NCBI GenBank assembly: GCA_029856685.1
Contig: JAHKKZ010000003.1
Coordinates: 1-49,844 of the forward strand
Source: Candidatus Njordarchaeota archaeon
GTDB lineage: Archaea > Asgardarchaeota > Njordarchaeia > Njordarchaeales > Panguiarchaeaceae
Reading direction: 5' to 3'
Length of the DNA stretch: 49,844 bases
The position numbers and the translations under genes are program-made. Shown here one piece after another: positions 36,115 to 44,579 of this stretch (position 1 is the stretch's first letter; every line of letters begins with the position of its first letter). The notes under the pieces are model-generated. The model worked only from the letters and a program-made list of their open reading frames with translations, was not told the DNA's origin and did not search any database.

Positions 36115-37329
36115 GTGATTCTAATGGTGGAATACCTAGACGAAACAACAAAATTTGATGGAATTTATCTTAGAAGAATAAGAGAGGGGGGAACACTTTA
36201 CTGGATACCAGATCCACAACACTATGCAAAACCAGGTTACTATCTCCCATTTGAGCTACCATTATTTTATAATCCCATGATGGAGATCAATAGGGATCTA
36301 TCAATAATAGCTCTCGCAACATTCCTAAGAGTGTCTGATAAGGAGCCAGAAGAAATTACATATATAGAACTGCTTGCTGGGACAGGGATACGAGGTTTCA
36401 GAGCGCTAAATGAAGTTGGATTGCTTAATGTTATTATGAACGACATCAACTCCAAGTGCGTGAAATTTATGCATTTCAATGCAAAATGTTTTTCCCCAGA
36501 GATACAAAGCCATGCGACGATACTAAACTATGAGGCTAATCACCTACTCAGCTCAATTAGGCTCTGGAAAAAACCAATAGACGCCATAGACATAGATCCC
36601 TTCGGGACACCCACACCATTCATAGACTCCGCGGTAAGAATACTTAGGAGAAAAACAGGCCTATTACTAATAACAGCAACAGATACCTCGGCTCTCATAG
36701 GAAAATTCCCTCAGTCAGCCCGTAGGAAATACGGAGTCTACACAAAAATCACACCTTTTGGCGGAGAAATAGCCATCCGTACATTGATCCATTATGCTCT
36801 TAATACAGCCACAAAATACGGAATAGCACTCAAACCGCTATTTGGATTCTTCTTAACGCACTTCATAAAAATCGCACTTATCACAATTCCAGGAAGAAGA
36901 GTCGCAGATAAGTTTCTTTGGGATAGATCAGGCTGGATTGCCATCGAAGATGACAAAATACACATACTCAGAAAACCAAAAAACACACCCAAAGGTGACC
37001 TCATAGGCCCAATATGGCTAGGACCCATATACGATGAAGAATTCGTAAATGAGGCCCTAAACATAACAAACAAGCTACCCATAAATAAAAAATCGAAAAC
37101 AAAAATTGAGACATGGCTCAAAGCAGAACTTAAAACAGCTCTTATCCCCTTCTACTACAATATAGAACTAATAGCATCAAAACTCCGAAGAACAACACCA
37201 CGAATCAAAGACGTCATAAACGAACTACAGAAACAGGGCTACATAGCAGAAAGAACACACTTCCATCCAAAAGCTATAAAAACAAATGCCCCTCTCGAAA
37301 TCATACAGAAAATTATTAAAAAACTCTAA
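36115..37329 (+). CDS. trm1: tRNA (guanine-26-N2)-dimethyltransferase
   Basis: FYNP.M..NRD, AGTGIRG.R, DIDPFGTP, TATD, GPIWLG, RTHF....IKTNAP. Confidence 0.93.
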   Translation: MILMVEYLDETTKFDGIYLRRIREGGTLYWIPDPQHYAKPGYYLPFELPLFYNPMMEINRDLSIIALATFLRVSDKEPEEITYIELLAGTGIRGFRALNEVGLLNVIMNDINSKCVKFMHFNAKCFSPEIQSHATILNYEANHLLSSIRLWKKPIDAIDIDPFGTPTPFIDSAVRILRRKTGLLLITATDTSALIGKFPQSARRKYGVYTKITPFGGEIAIRTLIHYALNTATKYGIALKPLFGFFLTHFIKIALITIPGRRVADKFLWDRSGWIAIEDDKIHILRKPKNTPKGDLIGPIWLGPIYDEEFVNEALNITNKLPINKKSKTKIETWLKAELKTALIPFYYNIELIASKLRRTTPRIKDVINELQKQGYIAERTHFHPKAIKTNAPLEIIQKIIKKL

Positions 37330-37336
37330 CAGAAAA

Positions 37337-37393
37337 GCTCAGCTTGCCCATCGGCGCTCATGATTTTTCGCACAAGGCTGAATTCATCATCGC
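37337..37393 (-). ncRNA. Box C/D sRNA guiding 16S rRNA h27
   Basis: ATGATGA-attcagccttgt-GCGA...ATGAGCG-ccgatgggcaag-CTGA; D' guide pairs with conserved GCAAGGCUGAA. Confidence 0.78.
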
Positions 37394-37402
37394 GTATAAC
37401 TA

Positions 37403-37636
37403 CTAGTCAAAAACCTGGATCATCAGAATGGTTGACCCACGCAGAAGAACTGTTCCCCATTTACGTACAATTTCTCCTTTTTCATTAACTTCTTTCGTAT
37501 CCACAAGCATTATGTTCATTACCTCATCCGTCGACATTACTACGCCATCCAGTATCGTACCATCTTTAAGCCACACTTTTATGCGTTTGTTTACTGAACG
37601 CCTAAGAGTCGCTAGGGGTAAATTCGAGGATGACAT
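37403..37636 (-). CDS. Sm-like protein (SmAP/Lsm)
   Basis: V.LKDG....G.....D..MNI.L (Sm1), G.VLLRG..I (Sm2). Confidence 0.93.
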   Translation of the reverse strand: MSSSNLPLATLRRSVNKRIKVWLKDGTILDGVVMSTDEVMNIMLVDTKEVNEKGEIVRKWGTVLLRGSTILMIQVFD

Positions 37637-37661
37637 TGAGAAGCCCCCCAAGGAGTAGTAT

Positions 37662-38000
37662 TTAGCCGAATAATGCTGCCAAGCCTGCTAGCGCTTCCTC
37701 TTCCTTCTTTTCCTTCTTCTTTTCTTCCTTCTTCTCTTCTTTCTTCTCTTCTTCAGCAGGTGGCGCTGCTGTTGTGGCGGGTGCCGGAGCTGCAGCCACT
37801 ACTGGTGCTCGTTTTGCTTGCTCTATTATCTCATTGAGATTCACTTTACTTACAGCGCTCACAATTGCTTTTATGTATCCCTCTTCATAATCTGTTATGC
37901 CTGCCGCCTGAAGGATATTCTTGATATTCTCCTCATTTATCTCTTTTCCCGCGTAGTGTAGTAGCATGACGGCATGCAGATATACCATCCCAGATGTCAT
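37662..38000 (-). CDS. rpl12: Ribosomal stalk protein aP1 (L12)
   Basis: Y.HA..LLH..GKEINEE, Ala/Pro hinge, [13 protein letters not shown]. Confidence 0.95.
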   Translation of the reverse strand: MTSGMVYLHAVMLLHYAGKEINEENIKNILQAAGITDYEEGYIKAIVSAVSKVNLNEIIEQAKRAPVVAAAPAPATTAAPPAEEEKKEEKKEEKKKEKKEEEALAGLAALFG

Positions 38001-38268
38001 GTCGATCCCCATTACTAATGTTAATCTCAGTTAAATTCAGCAACAATTATATGTTTATTTGACTTTATAAAAATACCACAATACTAAACTTAGGAAAGAA
38101 GAAAATTCCTTCTAAATCTTACATTAACAAGCGGTGGTATTTTCTTTGAAAATTCCCGCCTCTGGCTCCTAGTATTTCCACATCAAATCTATGAGGATAT
38201 TACCCTTATAATATCAGGTGTTAATTATTTCTTTGGGCTTCCCATTTCACGCTGAAATGGAGAGAATT

Positions 38269-39273
38269 ATGTCGGTAGATGAGATAAAGCTTTTTCGATG
38301 TGAGAGTATCGAGGGGGTCATTGATTATGTCAAATCTTCAGAAATAGATGAAAAAGCAAGACATCAGATACTTCTATTCGTGGACGAACTCAGGATGAAG
38401 GGATTTAGCCCATTCCGTATAATGGCATATGCTTTCACACTAGTTGAATTAGCAGATATAGTGAAGAAAGATTTTGCTGAGCTCACAGCAGTAGATTTCA
38501 GATACTATGTAAGCTATCTACTCAACAAAAAGCATAATAAGCATAGCACAATTCGGGAGAAGATGATGAGAATCAGAGTATTTATGAGGTGGCTTCTTGA
38601 TTTGCCGCCTAGAACTACTCCAGAGCCCATGCGCTGGTTCTTTACGATAAACCCAAAATCGACAAAGGGAGAAAGAAAACTCGAAATACTTGAAAAAATA
38701 ATTAGCTATAAAGAATATGTAAAGCTTCTACAAGCAGCCAGCAATCCAAGAGACAAAGCATTGCTTCAGTTTATGTATGAGAGTGGAGCGAGGATCCTTG
38801 AGATACTTAAGGTTCGCATAAAGGATCTGCACCTAGATGAGAACTATGCTGTGGTAGGTGGAGGAAAAAGACTAGTTCCTCTCGCAAACAAGGAATTTAT
38901 CGAGGAGTGGCTCAGAATACATCCACTAAAAAGCGAACCAGAGGCATACCTATTCTGCAACTTAAGAGCCCCAAAAAAGCCTCTCAGTTATCCCGCGGTT
39001 AGAAAGCTTCTAAGAAGAATATCAAGAAAAGCTGGGCTTAGCCGAAGAATAACAGCCCATATGTTTCGGCACTCACGAGCGACGCTTCTAGCTAAGCTAG
39101 GGGTTAGCCCATACACGATGAACCAGGTGATGGGATGGAGCACATCTACGAGAATGTGGCAGGTATATCTACATATTACACAAAAAGATGCAATACAGGA
39201 GGTACTTAAGAAATATGATGAACAAGTAGCAAAACTGAGTTATAACTCTAAACCGGCTCGTATGTCTCCATGA
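38269..39273 (+). CDS. Tyrosine recombinase/integrase (Xer family)
   Basis: ESGARILE (R), HMFRH (HxxR), MGWS (W variant), VYLH (Tyr); start estimated. Confidence 0.9.
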   Translation: MSVDEIKLFRCESIEGVIDYVKSSEIDEKARHQILLFVDELRMKGFSPFRIMAYAFTLVELADIVKKDFAELTAVDFRYYVSYLLNKKHNKHSTIREKMMRIRVFMRWLLDLPPRTTPEPMRWFFTINPKSTKGERKLEILEKIISYKEYVKLLQAASNPRDKALLQFMYESGARILEILKVRIKDLHLDENYAVVGGGKRLVPLANKEFIEEWLRIHPLKSEPEAYLFCNLRAPKKPLSYPAVRKLLRRISRKAGLSRRITAHMFRHSRATLLAKLGVSPYTMNQVMGWSTSTRMWQVYLHITQKDAIQEVLKKYDEQVAKLSYNSKPARMSP

Positions 39274-39339
39274 ATTTTTAAAAGGTCTGATTGTTATCTG
39301 ATAAATAACTGGTATAATTCCTTAAGCCTTTTCAATCAA

Positions 39340-39422
39340 GCGGGGGTTCCGGAGAGGTCAAACGGGCGGGACTTAGGATCCCGTGGCGTATGCCTTCGCG
39401 GGTTCGAATCCCGCCCCCCGCA
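39340..39422 (+). tRNA. tRNA-Leu(TAG)
   Basis: GCGGGGG/CCCCCGC acceptor, CGGGA-CTTAGGA-TCCCG, long variable arm. Confidence 0.96.
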
Positions 39423-39442
39423 CTTATTTTTTCACTCTTTAT

Positions 39443-39528
39443 GGGCCGGTGGCCTAGTGGCTATGGCGTCCCGCTCACAGATATTTTGAGACACGGGAAG
39501 GTCGGCGGTTCGAGTCCGCCCCGGCCCA
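39443..39528 (+). tRNA. tRNA-Val(CAC) with 13-nt canonical intron (39480..39492)
   Basis: TCCCG/CGGGA stem; loop CT-CAC-A|GATATTTTGAGAC|A; BHB helix CTCA/TGAG. Confidence 0.94.
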
Positions 39529-39656
39529 CTTTTCTGTGTCTTTTGTGTATTACTTCCATGTATTACACAAAACTATATGCCCATCGCACCAGAATCATAA
39601 AAAGCATTAAAATACCTTTGCTTCCTTTGCTAGATAGTGTTCAGGTGCTAGTCTTA

Positions 39657-40160
39657 ATGGTTACCGTGGTAAGTATGGAAGAAGCTGATAAACTAGATGT
39701 AGCTCTAAGGAAGATCTATGATAAGCTGAACAAGCTCATTAGGGAAATGGCTAGAAGTCTTGGAAATGTCGAATTAATAGTTGTAAGCGCCGACGGTGTT
39801 CCTATAGCCGACTATAGTGCTAAGCCGAGAAGCGATGAGAGAATAAACGAGATAGCATCGCTCCTTAACGGATCTTTAGAGGGGCTTCAAACGCTCTTCA
39901 CGGAAATCTTAAAATTGGACATAAGTTTTGGTAGGGATTTTCTTTTCCTCGAGACACAGGACTCTATAATTGTTTTGCTTCACATAGGCAAAGCAACATT
40001 ACTCACACATGTCCGTAAGCCAGCTTTATTAGGAACTGTTCGTGCTATCATTAAGAATTATCTACCCAGAATCAGTAAGCTTATAGAAGAGCTTCAGAAC
40101 GTCCAGAACAAACTCCTTGTCGCCGAGGTATATCGAGATATAATTCCGCAATCGAAGTAG
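39657..40160 (+). CDS. Roadblock/LC7 protein with extended terminal helices
   Basis: VELIVVSADGVPIA...FLFLETQDSIIVL...LLGTVR; start moved downstream of the tRNAs. Confidence 0.82.
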   Translation: MVTVVSMEEADKLDVALRKIYDKLNKLIREMARSLGNVELIVVSADGVPIADYSAKPRSDERINEIASLLNGSLEGLQTLFTEILKLDISFGRDFLFLETQDSIIVLLHIGKATLLTHVRKPALLGTVRAIIKNYLPRISKLIEELQNVQNKLLVAEVYRDIIPQSK

Positions 40161-40172
40161 AAATAGATCTGT

Positions 40173-40715
40173 TTAGGACAACTCTTTTATTTGTGCTCCT
40201 CTCCCAATCAGCAATTCATAGTTTTTCGTGGGAATATTCGCAATAGTTCCTTTTCTCAAACCTCGATAAACCAATCCATCCATCCCGACAAGACTCCTTA
40301 TTTCAGTTTGCACTATTACTGGTTGGCGTTTGATTTTTTTGTCTACTCTTTTTTCTACTCGTATAAGCTCTAGGGGATCACCAATAATTTCTTTTTCTCT
40401 TCGTGTTGTCTCTATGATTTTTCTAAAAGCATCGGCGAACACAGCTTCTTCTGGCAATAAATTTTTTGGAACCTCATTATGTGCTATGATAAACGCTACT
40501 ATTTTTAGTCTTCTTAGAAGCTTAATATCGTCTAAAATCCACCTAAGAAAAACTCCATACATGGAAAATATTTTCCTATGTATATCATCAATATCCACGG
40601 ATTCCTGTCTCTTAAGCTCCTCTAGAAAAAGATAGATATCAGATAATGTCTCGGGGCTTATGTTTTGTAGTTCTGCATTCTCATACTCTTTTGTCCAGAT
40701 TAACACAAGATTCAT
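40173..40715 (-). CDS. GINS subunit (Gins51/Gins15 type)
   Basis: Helical A domain (RRLKI...NLLPEE) then B domain VGMDG..Y..L.KG.IA.IP..N..LL..RG. Confidence 0.82.
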   Translation of the reverse strand: MNLVLIWTKEYENAELQNISPETLSDIYLFLEELKRQESVDIDDIHRKIFSMYGVFLRWILDDIKLLRRLKIVAFIIAHNEVPKNLLPEEAVFADAFRKIIETTRREKEIIGDPLELIRVEKRVDKKIKRQPVIVQTEIRSLVGMDGLVYRGLRKGTIANIPTKNYELLIGRGAQIKELS

Positions 40716-40769
40716 GAATGCTTCAACGAATTTCTTCTCTATTGTAACCCCCTATTTACTGGCTATCTC

Positions 40770-41573
40770 TCATGTTATACCAAATTCCTCTGTTTCTGGC
40801 TCAAAACGTTCTTCTTTTCTTTGCCTCATTTCTTCTCGAGCTCTCATCTCCATGAGACGAGAAACCTCAAGTTGAATCCTCGTATCGAAGGGAGACAAAT
40901 CTAAACCAAAATCGAATGTTTTTGCTATCCTCTTTGCTAGTTTCAATGATGCTAGACTATCAACATATCCTGCTTGGGCATACGTAGGAGCTAATAAGCT
41001 CACTGCAGGAACCCCCTTCAGTTCGGCAAACATCAGGAAAATAGCTATGCCTCCAGACACAACAACACCAGGTGGAGATTTCTCTATATCCCATTTAAAT
41101 GCACCGGAATTCAGCATGGTTTTAAATACCGAGTTACTGGTATAAACTATATCCGCGTTTTCACGCTTAATGGAAGGAAAAACCTTTATGTCTATTCCTC
41201 CTGCAAGTATCAGTATTATTTCGTATTTCTTCGCAAGATCTGTTATTTTATCTGCAATGCTCACATGAAGACCGCTGGGAACTTGGTATCTGAAGAGAAG
41301 AACACTTGCTCTATCGCTTATCTGACAGAGCTCCACAGGATAATTAAATGTCCCATTATTATTTACTTCGACGATTGGTGGAAGGCTTGCTGACCACACG
41401 AGGCCTATTCGACGTAGGCAGCCGAGTTCCTCCGCCACTTCACAAAGATATCTGGAGGTTAAATATCCACATAAGCCAAGGCCGTAGAAACCAGTTACCA
41501 TATACTTTATCTTTTGTAGAGCTTCATAGTTTTCTACTATTAGTTTGATTTCGCTAGTATTCCCTAGCTCCAA
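40770..41573 (-). CDS. PAC2 family proteasome assembly chaperone
   Basis: TGFYGLGLCGYL, ILAGG, VSGG....L, D..AS..L. Confidence 0.82.
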   Translation of the reverse strand: MELGNTSEIKLIVENYEALQKIKYMVTGFYGLGLCGYLTSRYLCEVAEELGCLRRIGLVWSASLPPIVEVNNNGTFNYPVELCQISDRASVLLFRYQVPSGLHVSIADKITDLAKKYEIILILAGGIDIKVFPSIKRENADIVYTSNSVFKTMLNSGAFKWDIEKSPPGVVVSGGIAIFLMFAELKGVPAVSLLAPTYAQAGYVDSLASLKLAKRIAKTFDFGLDLSPFDTRIQLEVSRLMEMRAREEMRQRKEERFEPETEEFGIT

Positions 41574-41588
41574 TAAGCAAACACCTAT

Positions 41589-42227
41589 TTATGCGAACTC
41601 TAACTCGGAGAGAGCCTTTAATATGTCCTTCTCTTTTTTCTTAAGCTCCTTAGGGGATACAGGTTTTCCCTCTTCTGTGTCTGGAGACACCTCAGGTATT
41701 GCTATTTCCTCAGCAGACGGGACCTCGGGCACTTCTAATTTTTCTAATCCTTCCAATTGTTCTAATCGCTCCAGATATTTTTCTAAGTCGAATTCCTCCT
41801 CAACTTTTCCTTTCTCAGTAGAAACACTAACTTCTTTTCGTTCCTCGGTGATACTTGGTACCGGAGGAACAGGCAAACTTTCTGCTTTTTCTTGGGCTTC
41901 GGCGCCTTCGATTTTAGCTTCAGTTCTAGGGGCTTCCAATTCCTCGATTGACGGGACTTCGGGTAGCACCATGTCAAGCTCTGTTCCGATCGCTTCTTCT
42001 GGGGCACTGGGTGTAGGAGGTATAGCGGGCATAGCACGCCGTTCAATTCTTGATAATTTAGCTTTTATTGTGTCTACCTCAGCTTTCAAAGTTTCTACAT
42101 TTTTCTCTAATCTCTCAAGATGCTCTTTTTGTCCCTTCAATTCCTGCACTATTATTTTTAGGTACTTCTTAACTCTCTCAATGAATTCTTCAAGCGTAAC
42201 CCTTTTTGTTTCGAATTTTTTGGGCAT
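41589..42227 (-). CDS. Coiled-coil protein with Pro/Glu-rich linker and repeated PEVPS motifs
   Basis: Heptad N-terminus (~65 aa), disordered acidic region, two amphipathic helices. Confidence 0.75.
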   Translation of the reverse strand: MPKKFETKRVTLEEFIERVKKYLKIIVQELKGQKEHLERLEKNVETLKAEVDTIKAKLSRIERRAMPAIPPTPSAPEEAIGTELDMVLPEVPSIEELEAPRTEAKIEGAEAQEKAESLPVPPVPSITEERKEVSVSTEKGKVEEEFDLEKYLERLEQLEGLEKLEVPEVPSAEEIAIPEVSPDTEEGKPVSPKELKKKEKDILKALSELEFA

Positions 42228-42363
42228 TATTTATAACCTCCTAAATAGAACAGTAATGCTATTTAACACAAGAATAATGCAATAACATCACTTAAAAAAG
42301 AATGCAATTTATGAATTATGAACAGTATACAAATCAGCTTTTTCTCCCAATAAGATTGAAAAA

Positions 42364-42660
42364 CTAATCTATTTCATCGATTACTTCGAGAATACCCAAA
42401 ACAAATTCTATCGCCGCAAGAAAATCATCAATTGTCCTCAAAATACTGCGTATCCTATCATCAGGTCTTTTCTCTACCCGTACGTCTAGCGTAATTATAT
42501 CTCCACTAAGAACTTGTTTTATTTCTATATCTTCGAACTTTATTAAGCTCTCTGGTAGAACTGCTAGATTTATTAGCTTTGTGCATCTACCTTTTGTTTT
42601 TATTTTTGCTGTAGCTTTGATTTCTTGGATAATATACGCATTGCTATATTTGCTATTCAT
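42364..42660 (-). CDS. pcc1: KEOPS subunit Pcc1-like
   Basis: AVLPES...IRSILRTIDDFL; follows RecJ as in the conserved S15-RecJ-Pcc1 operon. Confidence 0.65.
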   Translation of the reverse strand: MNSKYSNAYIIQEIKATAKIKTKGRCTKLINLAVLPESLIKFEDIEIKQVLSGDIITLDVRVEKRPDDRIRSILRTIDDFLAAIEFVLGILEVIDEID

Positions 42661-44198
42661 GATAAGATCTCCTTGCTTAGAATACTTAAGAATAGGTCAA
42701 GACTTTCCTCTGGTATATATGCTCCTGCTGCTGATTCATGACCACCCCCAATAATGTTTGGCATTTTCTCTGAGATTTTCTTAAGTATGTCTGTTAGGCT
42801 TTTTTCGAGAAGGTTCGTCTTTCTTAAGGAGATCTTTAGAATACCTTCAATGCTTCTAGCGATTGCAATTACGACCTTAACTCTATCTTTTAGTGAGGAT
42901 GCTAAGATGCTCGATATCGTGCTTGTTAGCTCCTCATGAATCTCATCCCTACCATCATAGATAGCCACCTCTCCCATCAAGTCGATTTTAGTGTCCAGAT
43001 TCGAGAATACTGACGACAGGATTGCTCGGTATCTCTCATATAACTGGAATATTCGCTGAACCGCAGATTGGTCTGAGGGATTAAGCAGACCTTTTATCGC
43101 TATTTCTGGAGCCCTCATCTTACCACAAGCATTAAGAAGTATTGACATATCCCTAGCATATCGGCAGAAGAACTCCTTATCAGCTAGAAATTCATATACA
43201 TAGCCCCGCAATATGTTGTTTAGCTCCTCTATGGAGTATTTCCCAGAGTATTTCAATACTAATGCTTCAAGAAGCTTTCTTCGTAAGACATCTTTCTGCT
43301 CTGGAGTAAGTTTCTCCCAAAATATCTTTTCGGGATCATCATCGTGACTCATTATTCCGATTCTGATAAGGAAGTCTATTGCTCCGTCATAGCTTCCAGA
43401 TACTCCAGGAATTTCAAAAATAAACATTTCAGCGAGAAGTCTATATAGAGGTTTAAAGCCCCTTCCGATTAGGATGTAGTCCTCATAACTACATAATATG
43501 CCATGTCTCTTGCCATACTCGACAATTGACCGATTTAGCCCCAGTAAGGATCTCTTCGCACCGATATCTTGTGCGTCACCCAGAGCTCCAACCACCGCGC
43601 AGAAGAGAGAAATTGGATTGTTTGCGAAGAAATTGCTAATGGTATTTGCTAACAGAAAAGTCATCCCTGCTGAACTTATTTCAACTCCTCCGTCGAGCCC
43701 CCAGAATCTTGGGTTAATGACTAATGACTTCGAATAGCTATTGCGAATGCTAAATACATGATGATCTATAACTATTCCCAGAGATACACCAGGAGTATTC
43801 TCAATATATTCTAGTGGGGCATCCGTACCTAGATCCAAAAATATGGCATAGCGAGGTTCAACTTCTTGCCAGAACTCCCTAAAGCTTTCTACAGATATCT
43901 GCGGAAAGAAGTTTAACACAAAAGGCTTATTCATTTCGATAAGAAGCTCTATGATTATTGCTGCGGAGCAAATGCCATCTGCGTCTATATGGGAGAATAT
44001 GAATATGGGGTCATCTCTCCCCATATGTATCAGGACTTTTGCTATCCGTGCCATATCACTTATTATTCCTGAAAGTCTACATGTTCTAACTGTGCTTATT
44101 GAGACTCCCCCTATCCCCCCAGACAAATTACATCCCAACAAACACAAAAATTTATTTTTACTATTTTTTGACAGAATTGCAACAAGATATATTAACAA
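42657..44198 (-). CDS. DHH family RecJ/Cdc45-like protein
   Basis: SHIDADG, DLG, IDHH, GALGDAQD, NACG, GGGHESAAG; long helical insertion; true start probably downstream (~44052). Confidence 0.88.
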   Translation of the reverse strand: MLIYLVAILSKNSKNKFLCLLGCNLSGGIGGVSISTVRTCRLSGIISDMARIAKVLIHMGRDDPIFIFSHIDADGICSAAIIIELLIEMNKPFVLNFFPQISVESFREFWQEVEPRYAIFLDLGTDAPLEYIENTPGVSLGIVIDHHVFSIRNSYSKSLVINPRFWGLDGGVEISSAGMTFLLANTISNFFANNPISLFCAVVGALGDAQDIGAKRSLLGLNRSIVEYGKRHGILCSYEDYILIGRGFKPLYRLLAEMFIFEIPGVSGSYDGAIDFLIRIGIMSHDDDPEKIFWEKLTPEQKDVLRRKLLEALVLKYSGKYSIEELNNILRGYVYEFLADKEFFCRYARDMSILLNACGKMRAPEIAIKGLLNPSDQSAVQRIFQLYERYRAILSSVFSNLDTKIDLMGEVAIYDGRDEIHEELTSTISSILASSLKDRVKVVIAIARSIEGILKISLRKTNLLEKSLTDILKKISEKMPNIIGGGHESAAGAYIPEESLDLFLSILSKEILS

Positions 44199-44221
44199 TC
44201 GACATTAATGAGGTGATGATT

Positions 44222-44566
44222 TTGGGAAAGAAAAAGGCTAAAGCTGAAGAAAAATTCGTAACTTTGCAGGAGGGAGATTTAGTAGGACTTCTCTTGCGCA
44301 TGTTGGGTGGTGACTGGATTGAGGTTTATTGTAGTGATGGACTAATACGCAAGGTTAGAATCCCTAGATCAAAGAGATCCATCCGTGTACGTCCTAATGA
44401 TATAATCATTATTAGGCCTTGGTACGGCATAGATGAGACACGTGCCGATATGGTAAACAAGCTGACTTCTCGTGATATTAAACATCTGCTTAAAACAGAA
44501 CATGCAGACAAAATAAAGAAAGTATTAACTGAAGAACTCAAAGAATTGTATGGAATAGAGGAATGA
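44222..44566 (+). CDS. eif1a: Translation initiation factor aIF-1A
   Basis: G....MLGG....V.CSDG..R..RIP...D.I...PW; TTG start behind SD GAGGTGA. Confidence 0.88.
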   Translation: MGKKKAKAEEKFVTLQEGDLVGLLLRMLGGDWIEVYCSDGLIRKVRIPRSKRSIRVRPNDIIIIRPWYGIDETRADMVNKLTSRDIKHLLKTEHADKIKKVLTEELKELYGIEE

Positions 44567-44579
44567 TTTTTGTGCGCTG

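Noticed and set aside
39390-39656. N-terminal 89 aa of the 256-aa ORF
   Set aside because: Runs through tRNA-Leu and tRNA-Val; true start is downstream.
41589-41660. WH2 actin-binding motif in the Pro-rich protein
   Set aside because: LKK precedes rather than follows the amphipathic helix, so it does not match WH2 order.
41545-42285. 246-aa Ser-rich + strand ORF and 87-aa overlapping - strand ORF
   Set aside because: Shadows of the Glu/Pro-rich gene 41589..42227.
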